Positions 9,551 to 21,646 of a stretch of 64,000 nucleotides of DNA are shown one piece after another; positions within the stretch are counted from its first letter, which is position 1; each line of letters opens with the position of its first letter. Below the pieces are notes generated by a model that searched no databases, was not told where the DNA came from, and worked only from the letters and a program-made list of their open reading frames with translations. The DNA is taken from NCBI GenBank assembly GCA_000091205.1, contig AP006483.2; one strand, 5' to 3'. A program made the position numbers and the translations under genes. The stretch comes from Cyanidioschyzon merolae (Eukaryota).

Positions 9551-12298
9551 TCATTCCAGAGGTGTTGCTCGTGGATCTCCAGTTTCATCAAGCTCCTCGG
9601 CACTGGTCCCAGGAACCCAGCGCGGAAACACTCGCTTGTACAAGCTCATGCAAACCGTATCACTGTGCAGGATCATTCCATCAAACGAGGCTTTCAGCGC
9701 TCCATGCGTACCGAGCGATTCCTCGATGCGTCCCAGACGACCGTGTTTTGTCCACAACGGTACGTGCCGGTAGTATTTCACATCTTCGGGATTAAAGAAC
9801 ATGTAGCGCACTGTTGCACGATTCTTGTGGGCGCGGTACGGTACCCCTGTGAGCACGATCCGTTTCAGCACAATCCGTTCGGGATTCGCACCCAGCACAG
9901 AGCCCCGAGCAACCAAGGCCGGCAGAACTGGAGTAGTGGCGGCAGTGCCTGCTGGACCAGTGCCGTGTGATGGGCGCGTCACCAGCACTGGTGCTGGCGG
10001 GAACGTCACCGGTGCGTAGAGCGAGGCTACGCTCCAGCGACCGGGCAATAGATAGCGTTCATAGCGATGCTTGTCGCATTTGGAATCAGCCTCGGAGAAT
10101 ATAGGACGAGCGAGAAGTCGGCGAAAGCCAATGTGGAAGCAAAGCAGCTGTCCAGCATGCACGAGTCCATTGTCTGGACAGGCCAACGCCGGGCTTTCGT
10201 TGTCTTCGGTGCTGGTCAAGTTGGTCATGACGTGATAGCGCTGTACCAGGCACTGCAGCACCGTGGGACGTTCTTCGTACGAAAGCAGGCACGACGCAAC
10301 CAGAGGGCCAGGCCAGCTCTCTAAGCGGCGCGCCTTCGGCTCGGCAATAGCATCCAGTACGAACGCGACAAAGCAGTGTGATTGCACGACTCCGTGGCAG
10401 GTTGCGTCCCGCGCTCGCTGGAACGCCTCGCGCGTCGCTCGTTGGAAGTGCTCGAACTGCACAATGCGTGCATACGCTGGCGGTAGACCAACGCTCGGAT
10501 CCCAGGGTGTTTTCCGAAACGAAGGCAACGGTCGATAGTTTGCGTACCGTTCCCGAACAGGGCAATCGGTGGGTGTATCGACCTCATCCGGAAAGAGGAG
10601 CTCGTCGCGTTCGACCTGCTGGGTATCGATCGCATCGAGCGAAGGTGTCTCCTCTGAAGACGTTTCCGCCTTTTCGGATGCAAGAGGCTCACGAGTCGCG
10701 CGTTGCCTGGAATGCGGAGCACTCGACGCATCGCTTGCAGTCCCTATGTCTGAAGCGTCATCGGATACCGAGTCGTCGTCGTCGTCGTCGTCATCGCTCG
10801 CAAGAGATGCGCTCCTGCTACCTGAGCCCATGCACGAATCCTCTGCTGCTTCCATTGGGGGTTTATCGTGCACCACAGCGACATTCTTTGTTGACGGTTC
10901 CAGAGGTACACCAGCCGCCGGTACACGGCCGTTCTGAGAAGGCATCTGGGAACGCTCGCTGGTTTCGAGCCATGCCGACTCGCACCTAAACGTTCCGGTT
11001 ATCGTTTCTACACGATTTTGGATATGAATGGCGCATCTTACCCGTGGGGGTTCGGTCTGCGACACGCTCCCTTGCCGGCACTGCATACCGGATAGAACGG
11101 CCGCCTCCATGGGGGATGACGATCCAAATGCCAGGCGCTCTGGAGCGTCATCTCCAAACGCAGGGAGTCCAGCAGCATCGGTTCCATCGGGAATGCGGAC
11201 TACAGGGTCCAAGCCTCCATTCCCAGCTGTTGGAAACGCAAATTTCGCACCATCAGATATGTCCATGGACGCGGGGTGATCAGTATACCCCCTGGGTGCC
11301 ATGTGTCGCGCATATGGCGCCTCGGCCCGCTCTAGACCCGCTACCACAAACGTGCCTACCCCAGTGATATGCAGTTGTTGGTGGACGCTGGCAGCGGCAC
11401 CCCGCAGCCATCCATAGAGCCGCACTCGACGACACGGTGCAGTCGGTGCCCGCTCACTGACGACACGTTCCACCAGGAGATACGAACGACTCGCTCGCCA
11501 GCGAATGGCTCGACGTTTGCCATATTCGAGCTGTCGTCGCGAATGCTCGACCTCGTCTGGATGACTTAGTACTCGAATGCGCACAGGTTCCTCTTTGGCA
11601 TCCAGAATCGACAGAGCGGCGAGACGTTGGTGACACTCGGCTAACCAGGTGGAGCTATCGGCAGCATGGGCAGAGCTCGCGTGCGCTCGGCCCCTGAATG
11701 GATGCTCGGAAACACCGGGGTGCTCTGCATCACATCGGTCAGCGTCCATCAGAGACTCGAGGGTGTTGGTGGCTCGTGGAAGCGCCACAGCGACGAAACT
11801 CAGGAGGCCTTGCGCTTGGATCGCCGCCAACCAGGAGTCGGCGACATCGTGCAGTCCCTCACCCTCGCCGTACACCAAGAGACCCAGATCAGCAACCTTG
11901 GCGGCGTCAAGCACCGCTTCAAGAGGAGCTTCAGCATCAAGGCATATCCACTGATGTACTAGACTGACTTGACGGGCGCGTCTGCGGGCCACTGTGTACC
12001 GCAGTCGATACCAGGGCGCAGTAGCGGGTTCGCCGCACTCCGTTGCCGTTGCCAGTGCCGTTGACTCCAACTGTTCGCCGGTCCGGCCACAGATTTCGGT
12101 ATATCCCCATTGCTTAAAGCAGTACGTCAGTGCCGGTGCGAGGCGTTGTGAAGAAGTGAGGCCCAAGACCACGATCAAAGTGGGGCTCGCGCCACTCGCC
12201 TCAGGACTTGTTGATACAGGTCGCTTGTTCGCACGCCGCTGTTTCCGTGCCAGGACCCTTTGGTGGACAACTGATCGCTGTCTTTTCCTCCCGGCCAT
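9551..12298 (-). CDS. TSR1: Pre-rRNA-processing / 40S ribosome biogenesis protein TSR1 (Bms1/Tsr1 family)
   Basis: 915-aa single ORF with an ATG at 12298. Lys/Arg-rich N-terminus, a middle HITGVGTFVV motif, and the C-terminal RIBIOP/AARP2CN-type domain (VLTGVPYRAHKNRATVRYMFFNPEDVKYYRHVPLWTKHGRLGRIEESLGTHGALKASFDG). No G1-G4 GTPase motifs are present, hence TSR1 rather than BMS1. Confidence 0.75.
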   Translation of the reverse strand: MAGRKRQRSVVHQRVLARKQRRANKRPVSTSPEASGASPTLIVVLGLTSSQRLAPALTYCFKQWGYTEICGRTGEQLESTALATATECGEPATAPWYRLRYTVARRRARQVSLVHQWICLDAEAPLEAVLDAAKVADLGLLVYGEGEGLHDVADSWLAAIQAQGLLSFVAVALPRATNTLESLMDADRCDAEHPGVSEHPFRGRAHASSAHAADSSTWLAECHQRLAALSILDAKEEPVRIRVLSHPDEVEHSRRQLEYGKRRAIRWRASRSYLLVERVVSERAPTAPCRRVRLYGWLRGAAASVHQQLHITGVGTFVVAGLERAEAPYARHMAPRGYTDHPASMDISDGAKFAFPTAGNGGLDPVVRIPDGTDAAGLPAFGDDAPERLAFGSSSPMEAAVLSGMQCRQGSVSQTEPPRVRCAIHIQNRVETITGTFRCESAWLETSERSQMPSQNGRVPAAGVPLEPSTKNVAVVHDKPPMEAAEDSCMGSGSRSASLASDDDDDDDDSVSDDASDIGTASDASSAPHSRQRATREPLASEKAETSSEETPSLDAIDTQQVERDELLFPDEVDTPTDCPVRERYANYRPLPSFRKTPWDPSVGLPPAYARIVQFEHFQRATREAFQRARDATCHGVVQSHCFVAFVLDAIAEPKARRLESWPGPLVASCLLSYEERPTVLQCLVQRYHVMTNLTSTEDNESPALACPDNGLVHAGQLLCFHIGFRRLLARPIFSEADSKCDKHRYERYLLPGRWSVASLYAPVTFPPAPVLVTRPSHGTGPAGTAATTPVLPALVARGSVLGANPERIVLKRIVLTGVPYRAHKNRATVRYMFFNPEDVKYYRHVPLWTKHGRLGRIEESLGTHGALKASFDGMILHSDTVCMSLYKRVFPRWVPGTSAEELDETGDPRATPLE

Positions 12299-12495
12299 GA
12301 ACTTAGTAAACTGCTATGATGCAGGCACTCAAAGCGTTCTAGGAACAAAGCGGTTGCGACAAACGTCTGAGCACGAGAGTCGACGTCCGCGTCGCAGTAC
12401 GCGCCGCAGACTGCTCCGCAGCGGCGACGTCCTCTGACTGCTTTTGTTACGCTGTTGACTGGAGTGCTGCTCGCGCTCGGTGTGAAGCACCTGAA

Positions 12496-12612
12496 CGGAC
12501 GGACAGACAGACAGATAGATAGAGAGGCAGAGAGGCAGACAGACAGACAGACAGAGAGGCAGAGAGGCAGACAGACAGACAGAGAGATAGATAGAGAGGC
12601 AGAGAGAGGTTT
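12496..12612. repeat. Compound microsatellite (CAGA)n/(GATA)n/(GAGAGGCA)n
   Basis: cagacagacagatagatagagaggcagagaggcagacagacagacagagaggcag... Confidence 0.9.
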
Positions 12613-13355
12613 GGTGTTCGCTTTCGTCGCAGAACAAGGGGTTACTGGAGAAGCTGGTGGATGCAGAAGGAGTAGCGCACACGCCTGAGCAGCGACTGGT
12701 GTAGAGAGCGTCCACGGTACGATCGCGCTAGTGCAAGCGAGTTGCAGAGCGACAGAACAGTAGAGAAGCAGTGCACGGGGTTTCGTTCCACACTTGTGTG
12801 AGTCACTGCTGAGATCGCGTTTCAGTTATATATAAGTCGTTGTAGGAACATCACCGGAAGTTTCAACGGTCTCCGAGCGGACTGCAGACGTTTCGCCGTA
12901 CACACGGCAGCGGCTGAGCGCTGTTCCCGAGCAGTGCGCGCTCGAGGTGCTCTCCTTGTGCTCGCGAAGGACGCTGATCTACTTCAGCTGCCACTGGGAA
13001 CACTCGGAAGGTCGTTCGGTACTCGAGGCGGGAAACGTTGTGACTCGTGAGCATCGAACGGAGTCTGGTCGGCGTCGTTGCAGCGAGCCTTCAGCACACG
13101 ACTCTTGTACGTAGGTAGCGGACGGGAGTTTCTCGGGGTGCGTTCATCCTCTCGGACACGCTGCCAACTGGCCTCCCAAGACTCATCTTTGGTTTGTTGG
13201 CGCTTCCGGGACCTAGCAGCAATTAGGAACGGCTTGTTCTTTGCTGCTGTCGCCGTTGTCGTTGCGCTCCTGGGGAAGACGCCGCTGAACGGTGTACTGT
13301 GCCGGCCCGCAAGACAACTTGCTGCTGCGTGAACACAATCCTTCTATAATAAATT

Positions 13356-13952
13356 ATGAACGGAACGGAACTACGAGAGACACTGGAGGATCTGATCAAA
13401 GAGGTGGTGCAAGCATCGCGGGAAGCGTTGGATACCCAGGGAGAGCTGAATGAGCGCAATGAAGCAGCCTTGCGCACGCTAGAGGCGCAGTGGAGGCAGC
13501 GCCTCATCGAAGAGCTGCACGAACAAGGCTCCTTACGAGTGGTACTCTGCAGGACGGATCTACTGGTACCGGGTTCTGGAGCAACTGGCACGACTACCAC
13601 GAATAGAACGGATCCGCTTCGTTACGTGTATGAAACTTTACGTCAAAGGGATCCCCGTGAGCGTCGACGGAGCTTACCGCCCGAACGTTCATCCCAGTCT
13701 TCAGAACTTGAGGATACCGGTACAGACTCAGGGGAAGCGCTTTCCTCTGGTGACGATGATGACGAGATATCCCAAGTTGCCGGCCAGCCAGAACCGGAAA
13801 CTGCGAATTACGTGCTTTCTCAGTACGAACGGGTTTTGGCACCTTCTACAAACAAGCAACGAATCTGGCGAGTCTTCCTTCGTGACGCTATGGTACACAT
13901 CAATGGCCAAGACCTTCTACTGAACCAACTTCAGTGTCAGTTCGACTGGTAG
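13356..13952 (+). CDS. TFIIA large subunit (alpha/beta, TOA1-like), short form
   Basis: The N-terminal helix LIKEVVQASREALDTQGELNE...EAQWRQRL resembles the TFIIA-L N-terminal four-helix region. There is an acidic DDDDE linker. The C-terminal beta-barrel motif NYVLSQYERV...NKQRIWRVFLRDAMVHINGQDLLLNQLQCQFDW matches the conserved TFIIA-L C-terminus (LCQYDKV..KNKWKC.LKDGI.HINGKDY.F..A.GEFEW). ATG at 13356, with TATA-like tataataaat ~30 bp upstream. Confidence 0.55.
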   Translation: MNGTELRETLEDLIKEVVQASREALDTQGELNERNEAALRTLEAQWRQRLIEELHEQGSLRVVLCRTDLLVPGSGATGTTTTNRTDPLRYVYETLRQRDPRERRRSLPPERSSQSSELEDTGTDSGEALSSGDDDDEISQVAGQPEPETANYVLSQYERVLAPSTNKQRIWRVFLRDAMVHINGQDLLLNQLQCQFDW

Positions 13953-16900
13953 CGGTTTCGACGGCTGGAAACGCACCTCTCATGCATTCATGGAGATGCT
14001 GCTGGTGACACGTGTATCGCCTCTCGAACGTGGGTGCTTCAGGCACTCATTTGAACTCTAGAACATCGACACGAAGAGTGATCCTGGTAGCAGAAGTCGT
14101 ATTCATGCACGCAGGAATGAGCGAACGGGTCTCACGGGTGGATCAGCGTGTTCGACGCACCAGCGCGTCCTCGCGGCTGCAAGTGACGTCCCCAAAATGA
14201 ATTGGATCATGAGCAACCTCGTATTCATGGACGCTGGAACACGAGGAATGCGTCGACGAGTGCATCAGTGTGGATGGCGTACCGCTGACTTGGCCCCGCT
14301 GGAAACTCCTCTAGAGCTGCCGCTTGAGGCAATCAGGTATCCGCGCGGAACGTCTTGAACGCGCAGTGCATACCACTTTGAGTTTCAACACCGAGTGTGC
14401 GGGTAGGCTCATGATCGCTTGTAGCATTTTGCTTAGAAAATATTCGGACTTGACCAAGTATTGTTTTTTCTTGCGTCATATTCGAGACTCCTGGCCCAGA
14501 GTTTTGAGGTAAGTGGTGTCGCAAACGCGTGCACGACGCGGGGTATGTGCGACGTGCCTGGCCTCGGCGGCCCTGTTTGGCAATCAGACCCGCTCGCGAC
14601 TACGCCCTTTGCATACCGTCGTCTGGAGTTCTGAAATATGACCTAGAAGCTCCGCATCTCGTTGAGATAATCGTAAAACGGAAAATGATCGCGAGGTGCC
14701 CATGTCGCTCTGCACGCCAGTGTGCATGCTTTATACCCGTATGCGAAACTAACGCAGCAGGGTCCGCGTACTCGGGCGTACAACGTAGATCTTTGGTCTG
14801 TGGGTTCTGTCGTCAGTGCCAGCCTTTGCGGGATTTCTGGACTGCAGTTCCTCTTCCTATCTGTTATCTTCGGCCGGAGGTAAGCCGGTTTCTGCTTTCC
14901 CTGCCAGCTCGATTGTCAGCAGTTGAGGGATGTCGATGGCAGCGTTCACGTCCCGATGTCACCGCTTTCTGCCCTGAGCGACGTATCCCATACGTAGGCA
15001 AAAGGTGCGAGCGATGATTTGCTTGATGAGTTTCGATACGTATAGTCCATGTTCGCGCTTCGCAGCGGAGACCCATTATTGTATGTACGTACTCCATTGT
15101 GTACACGAGCGCGACTCTGCAAAGAGCCGCCTTATGGCCTCGTAACGCTTGATCCATTGATTGGTACAAGTGATCAATGGGTACTGAGTGCTCCGCTTGG
15201 TGCCTTGCTCCGTTTCCGTGCACAGTACCGTGCTCAAAAATCATGGGTTTCATTCGGACAATCCCCTGGGCGAGTGCGCTGTCCGCTGTATACCAAAGCG
15301 CACACTATTCAATTCGATAACTCGTTACCAGCTTCCGAGCACGCTCGTCGTATGCTGTGTACGCTCCCCGCGAAACGTGTCCACGCGCATCAAGGGCATC
15401 AAGGCATGCCTCCAATTCGTGGGCAAAATGTGCACATGGCAGAGCGACTTGCGAGAATGCGTCCCAGACTTGTGAGACTCTTTTCGGTTTCGTTCGCACG
15501 CTCGTCGTTCTGTTCTTTTTATGTGCCTCCATCCGGTGAAACCAAGATGAGAGACGCGCGAGTACCACATAACGACAGTGGGTGCATTTTGGTGAATTTG
15601 GCAATCATGGCTATGAAGCGTCGCCGGTGTCAACAAGTCGTGTTCTTGTTGTTGGTGGCTTTTTTGTGTTTCAGGCTCCGCTTTGGGTCTAACGGAGGCG
15701 CAGGTGTAGAGATTCGCGCTACTGCGGCCTGCACCGATGCTCACCGCACTGCAGACCAACTTCTCGAGGCAAACGCATCTGCTTGGACATGGGAACTCCA
15801 CGTATTTCCTTATCTGAGCTTGGGGAGCGTTTCCGCTCCGAGACGGATCGTAAAGTGTCCGCGACACTCGCGTTGACGACCATGCATACTGGTATACACA
15901 GCACCGGTCTCGATAGCGGGCAGCAGGCCTCGTTGCCGACGTGCGAGCATCTCGCTGGTCCACATTTCCTCGCCTTTCGCATCTTTCTCTGTGCTCCGCC
16001 GATCTCGTTTCACCAATGGTTCACGAATTGCTTCGAATTTTTGTACAAAAAATTTACAGTCCACTTTATGAACGTGATAGCGCTGCTCAGCTCCTATTTG
16101 CTCGCCTCGAGTCTCTTGGTCTCCATCAAACGATGTTGTACCGACTATGCACAAGCGATTCCCTCTACAACGAAACGAAAAATGCACGAATCGAGGTGCT
16201 GGTGCAAGCGACCTGGAGACGCATTCGGAGCTGCATAAAAAGTCTATACTCATCAGGGGCGCTCTGAAAAAGCATACCAGACCCAGAAGCACAACGTCCT
16301 GCCTAGGTGGACTACACGCCAGCGGCAGCTGCATGTTCTCCTGAGTATCTTCGAGTCTGGGGAGTCTTCGATGACGTTTTCTCGTGTTCTCCATATGCGC
16401 CGAGTCGATGCTCTTCGGGATAGCGCCGGTTCTGAAGAGGTTCCTCATGCCGTCCCAGTCTAGTGACAGAATCGTCGCTCGTTTGCCAGCGCTGCATCGT
16501 ATCCATCACTGGCCGATGGCAGTGAGCACCCAGGTTATTCAGGACCGCAGTGCGTACTTTTCGGTCTTCGTGCTTGTCTGGAGAAAGCAGACCCCAGAGA
16601 ATTCGATGTGTCTCCTCGCTGTTCTTGCGTCGTGATGAAGGACTCTTCACAGTCATCGATCACTGCTGCCCAATGCCATATCGTCGATGGCAACAAATAG
16701 AGGAGCATGTGCCTCTCGAACGGAGTCGATTCTTTGACGTGACACGTTCATTGAGCTTTCGGTATGATCCTATGGACGAATCTTCACGAGATGACGTCAT
16801 GTTTGCTCTCCGTGTCAGTCCCGAAGCGCGAAGAACTGCACCCATTCGTTGCCATGGAACAGAGAGATCGAAACCTTGAGGAATGCGTGATATGAGTGTG

Positions 16901-17957
16901 CTGAACGTAGGAAAAAAAGAGAAGCGCAGAGGGTTGTACGTATGCCTTGAAAAATAATACAATTCGTTATCTTACGAACACTTGTTTGACGGCGTACTGA
17001 ATCACTTTGACAAAGGTGAGGTCACGAACTTCAGCGGTAAAGCATCGAGAGCGCCTCCCCGGAAACACAACCGAGAATCCAGAAACTGCATGTGCGTCCA
17101 TGAATCCTTTCTATTGCGGCACTTGGCATGTCGATACTGTACATCTAGCCAAACCTCCGAAAACCTGCAAATCACGCACAATTCGAGTGAATTTGTGTCC
17201 CACGTAAATCGAACACCGGTGCAGCCTCGAGCGCGACTCCCTACGAAGCCTCCAGGGCTAGGGGTCCGGAAATCTGCACGCGCGTCTCCCTGCTCCTGGT
17301 CGTTGAACGGGTACAGTGCCTATGGATCCAAATCATTTCAGCTGCTGGCATATAGGCACCATCCACACGACGAGAGAACGACCCTGGCGCCCGGCTTTGA
17401 CTAGTTGTGCGCCCTCGAGCGCATTTCGGGTACCAGGCATCGCGTGATCGATCGGCTATCGCCTTCTATGCACAAAAGGGTGTCGTTCGAGAAACCGTCC
17501 AGGGCCCCGAGCGGCTGGGAATTCCCCGGTACAAGCGGCGACGACCACGGCTTCAACGCAATCCAGTGGTTGCGTCTTAGGCTGCTTTGATCTTTTAGGG
17601 TCAATACATGCATCCCGAAATCTGTACTGAGACAGCAGATGGAGAAGGATCCATAGAAGCAGCAGCGCACTGCTTGGAAACGGACGAACAACTAATGAAC
17701 ATACATACTGTGTGTGTGCGCGTTCGCGTGTGCATGTACACCTGCCACAAACGCAGGCACCCCACACGAGCGACAAATGCGGTGTTGCGCAGTGCACTCC
17801 AAGTCTGCACTGAGCGCGACATCATAGGCGACCAGGATACGAACACACCCGGATGAAACTGCGAAAAGCAGCATACAGACAGGTCGGACGTACCGTGCTC
17901 GCGTTGAAACACGAGCCTAGTGCGAGAGCTGTGCACCGCATCACCAGGCACTGGAGA

Positions 17958-19628
17958 TTAGAAGCGAGCCGTCTTGGGTCGATGGTTGCGCAAATCATCC
18001 GACGGGGTGCCGTCGATGTCCGTCTCGGACTTGGCACCGCGCGGGACTCGTTCCAGGGTAGCGACCAATGCCTGCGCGACTTTCTCTTGCCGTGCACGAA
18101 CGTACTTATCGCTGACCTGCATCCGTTTGTAATAGCCATCGATTTCAACGGACTTGAGGCCTGCCGCAGAACAGATCGCTCGCTTCACTCGAGCTGCAAA
18201 CTCGGCGGCCGATTCATTCGGTTGTTGTTTCATGGGCTCCAGGAAGTAGACGTCAGCAACTAACGCCCAACTCGTCCAGATACGAAAGAGATGCCAAAGA
18301 AACGACTCCTCCATGGAGTTCCAGAACGCGTCCGCGAAAAGCTTGTTGTACTTGATTGCAACCGGGTAAATGACGGCATCCTTCATCTCGAAGGCGCCCT
18401 TCTTAAACATTAAGCAGTATTCATTGTTCACACAGGTACCCTCGGGAAAAATGAGCAGTGGTGGAACATTCGGCTTCTGAAGGTGTTCTTCGATCCGTTT
18501 CCGTACAAGCTGTCGATCCTGGAGGTCGTCGCGCGAGAACCAGATGCATCCAAGACACTCGAGGACGTGCTTTTGGAGCAAGCCCACGATACCACCGTGT
18601 GCCTGGCCAACGGTCGCAAACGGACACAGTTGCTGGAGCACAATCAAATCGATCAGCGACGAGTGATTCGCAACGTAAATCGCATGCGGTCGCATTCGTG
18701 GACGAGTTCCATGATACGCGATAACGCCGCTCATAGACATGATCCAGCACGCTGAGTACAAGACAATAAGCTTTCTTTCCAGCTCGTGACGACGTTCTGG
18801 ATTTCTTCGATAGAGCCATTTGGTTATGGAGAACGCGAGCGCGAAAAGCACGCTCCCACTCACGAGGCAGAGTACGCGCAAAGGCAGTAGGATGCCGTAT
18901 CGGATAACGACACCGAATACCCATGGTAAGAAAAGGTACACGTTCCAGTTCCACGCAGGGACAGGGGTCCGTTTGAAGCACCGCGAAAACTCATCTTCAA
19001 CCACATCCTCCATAGCTTCCGTCGCGAATGTCAGCGGAGCAAAGAGAAGCGGTAACCCGCTGACAGGCATTGCCTCTGTCCCGAGCACCTCCATGAGCGC
19101 CCGCTCGAAGCGCTCTTGCACGCGTTCGCGATCAGAGGAGGCATCCAGGTCACCACGTACCATTCCAGCAAGGTCGGCCCAGGATTCGCTTGCTCTCTGG
19201 AGCGCCAGTTTCGTGCGAGTCTGTCCTCGGGTAAGCAGACCCTCGCGCGGACCCTGGCTCCTTGCCGACGGCGACGCCTGCGCAGCATTCATCAAGACCG
19301 TAGATAACTCCTGGGTCACGGCCAGCGGCGAAGCGCGCTCCACTTGTTTTCCTTGACCTCGCATTGTCTGGGTGATGTCGTAGGCAGCGGGCCGCTCTTG
19401 AGGCGCCTCGATCAGAGGGGTTGGAGGTCTCTCCCTACTCAGTGGCGGTGCCGTTGCAGGTGACGTGTTCCGATCTCCGTCATCGAACACCTTATCTTGC
19501 GCTTTCGCGAAAGAACCAGTTCTCTTTTCAGCGTCGAGGTACTGGGCCACACGCGCGTCCACCGGAACGGGCTCTTCCCCAGGGTTCTCGCCCAGAGGCG
19601 GCTGTGCTTTGGCGGTGGTCGCTGCCAT
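17958..19628 (-). CDS. Glycerol-3-phosphate acyltransferase, GPAT3/GPAT4 (AGPAT6/9) type, LPLAT family
   Basis: 556-aa ORF with an ATG at 19628. Acyltransferase motif I is NHSSLIDLIV (HX4D) and motif III is LLIFPEGTCVNNEYCLMFKKGAFE (near-identical to the GPAT3/4 motif). Hydrophobic segments lie upstream. Confidence 0.8.
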   Translation of the reverse strand: MAATTAKAQPPLGENPGEEPVPVDARVAQYLDAEKRTGSFAKAQDKVFDDGDRNTSPATAPPLSRERPPTPLIEAPQERPAAYDITQTMRGQGKQVERASPLAVTQELSTVLMNAAQASPSARSQGPREGLLTRGQTRTKLALQRASESWADLAGMVRGDLDASSDRERVQERFERALMEVLGTEAMPVSGLPLLFAPLTFATEAMEDVVEDEFSRCFKRTPVPAWNWNVYLFLPWVFGVVIRYGILLPLRVLCLVSGSVLFALAFSITKWLYRRNPERRHELERKLIVLYSACWIMSMSGVIAYHGTRPRMRPHAIYVANHSSLIDLIVLQQLCPFATVGQAHGGIVGLLQKHVLECLGCIWFSRDDLQDRQLVRKRIEEHLQKPNVPPLLIFPEGTCVNNEYCLMFKKGAFEMKDAVIYPVAIKYNKLFADAFWNSMEESFLWHLFRIWTSWALVADVYFLEPMKQQPNESAAEFAARVKRAICSAAGLKSVEIDGYYKRMQVSDKYVRARQEKVAQALVATLERVPRGAKSETDIDGTPSDDLRNHRPKTARF

Positions 19629-20228
19629 GCCTCACCGACACCGTTCAGAACCAGGCGGAAGCTGCAGAAGCTGGATTCGCCACCGAAAACCCGACGGACG
19701 AAAGACTTGAGTCACGTCGGACCCGTCTCTGGAATAGAGAAAAAAGGTTTTGGCCAGTTTATCGTGACGTTGTCGAGCAGGCGTGCGCTGCGCCTCAGGG
19801 CGTGTGCTCCAGAGGCAACGCCAGTGCCGATTGGTGCCGGCGCACCGTATACCGCACTCAACTGAAGCGTGTTCCACACAAAGGTGTGTGGAAGTCGATG
19901 CTTTTTTCGTTGTATGTAGCAGACGCTATCGCAGGTCGTTCATTAGACGTGATAAAAAAATCTAAGGGAATGGTATGGGGGTGCTATGCGGAAATCCCGG
20001 AAGGCTTTCATTGCCGGGTTGAACAAAACTGGAAAGCCGTGCCGAGCATAGAGGAACGGGAAAGGACGATGCAGCAGAAGCAATCGCGCGAGGCCGGACG
20101 TTGAAAAGGATCTCGAAAGACGACAGTACGACGGGATGGTGGTGAAAGCCTCTTTTCTTGGCCATAGCTAGTATCCCTACAAAAAAAAGTTACGAGAAAC
20201 GATCAGAAACCTTGTCGAGTCGTATTCA

Positions 20229-20783
20229 ATGAGTATTATTGAGGCTTCTTCGGGACTGGTGCATATGGCGAAGGAGATGTACGACAATGTGACGGACATT
20301 CGAAGAGTCAAGATTCCGGACGAGTTTTTCGACAAGACCTTTATTCGTCACCTTGTGCTTGGTACAGGGGATGCGCGGGGTGAAAATGAGCGGGTGCACG
20401 TCCTCCACGAAAACTTTGCAGAATTCCGCTTCGAGGGTAATCGATACAGGGGTGACGCGGATGCTTACATATACGGGGCGATGAAGTATCTCACGAATCT
20501 GAAGAACCATTTGACAATGAACGTCGAACGTTTCATGATACGCCCCGTGTTTGCACTTTACGCGGGCATCTCTCGCAAAGGAATATGGGCAATTATCAAT
20601 GGCTTTACAAACAATCCCCAGCATGAAGATGAGGTTGAATTCGTCGACAAGAAGGCGTCACACAGGAGAAGGAATGAAGCTTCTGTAATCCGTGCGCCTA
20701 CTAAAGAGCACCGCGCAGAATTGGGACTGGCGAATCCAGCAGAAAAGATATCAGAGTTGAAAACAGATACGGAAAGATACTAA
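20229..20783 (+). CDS. Fanzor/TnpB-like nuclease, segment 1 (N-terminal, putative WED/REC-like region)
   Basis: ATG at 20229, 184 codons, ends at TAA 20781-20783. The next segment is in a different frame that opens at 20855. The join could be a short intron (for example GTAATC at 20685 to AAG at 20866) or a frameshift. Confidence 0.45.
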   Translation: MSIIEASSGLVHMAKEMYDNVTDIRRVKIPDEFFDKTFIRHLVLGTGDARGENERVHVLHENFAEFRFEGNRYRGDADAYIYGAMKYLTNLKNHLTMNVERFMIRPVFALYAGISRKGIWAIINGFTNNPQHEDEVEFVDKKASHRRRNEASVIRAPTKEHRAELGLANPAEKISELKTDTERY

Positions 20784-20866
20784 TATCTCATCCTGCGGTA
20801 TTTCGTGTTTTTGGACCGCGAGCTCGAACGCAAGGCGGAGATGATGCTAAGTGAGGAAAAAATGAA

Positions 20867-21646
20867 GTGCGGGAGAGACGGAAGGCTTTCCGAATGGGGG
20901 AGCGCTCCAACATCGTTCCGTTGTGCAACATCAAGTCACATTTTGTGCGTATTGATTCCGGCGTCCTTTACGGCATCATGAAGGGGATCTGTCCGGGGTT
21001 CGATGTAAGGAAGACAGAGTTCTCCGGTGAAACCCAGGAGACGTACTGGAAGAATATCTTCGATATCAAACGTCTCAAAGTGAGCAAGAAAAAGAAATTC
21101 ACTGGGATGATAGAAACTGATGGACTAGCCATATGTGTACACTATCGGCGGTTCAAGACAGATCGGCATGTTCCGTCTTCGGCTTTGCCCGAGACGAAGC
21201 ATGAAGATGAGAAGGAGGAGGATCCTGCGATGCAGAACGTGCAGAAGAACGACTTTTTCGTTGGCGCGGACCCCGGGAACACGAACATCGTAACCATCGC
21301 AGTACGCAGGCGTGCGGAAGATGGTACTGATGGTACCTTGCGTCGGAAAGAAATGCGTCTATTGAGATTCTCTAGAGCGAGATACGATCGAGAATGGGGA
21401 ATCATGAATGCGAGGAGGAAAATCGAGACTTGGAATGCAGGAGTGAAAGAGCACCTGGAAGCTATGAGCGAAGTGACGAGCCGCGAAGCAGACTTGAAAG
21501 CTTTTCGGGAGTCCATGGAAGTTCGCGTTGCGCATTGGGAGGCGCTGTGGGCGGCGGAGTATACAAAGCCCCGGTGGGCTCGTTTGCGAATGAATTTGTA
21601 TTTTGGGAAACAGCGTGCATTCGCGAATTTTTTTTCAATGAGTTGA
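20867..21646 (+). CDS. Fanzor/TnpB-like nuclease, segment 2 (RuvC-I)
   Basis: Contains [21 protein letters not shown] (RuvC-I Asp). It overlaps segment 3 in another frame. A T8 homopolymer at 21628..21635 is a candidate frameshift point. Confidence 0.55.
   Translation: MRERRKAFRMGERSNIVPLCNIKSHFVRIDSGVLYGIMKGICPGFDVRKTEFSGETQETYWKNIFDIKRLKVSKKKKFTGMIETDGLAICVHYRRFKTDRHVPSSALPETKHEDEKEEDPAMQNVQKNDFFVGADPGNTNIVTIAVRRRAEDGTDGTLRRKEMRLLRFSRARYDREWGIMNARRKIETWNAGVKEHLEAMSEVTSREADLKAFRESMEVRVAHWEALWAAEYTKPRWARLRMNLYFGKQRAFANFFSMS

Noticed and set aside
20225-20250. Apparent similarity between the copy A start (atgagtattattgagg) and atgattgaggaac / atggttgaggaac in copies C and D. This would suggest C and D retain the Fanzor 5' end.
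   Set aside because: Only ~8-10 bp match and homology does not continue downstream. It is most likely coincidental, so C and D are treated as lacking the Fanzor 5' portion.
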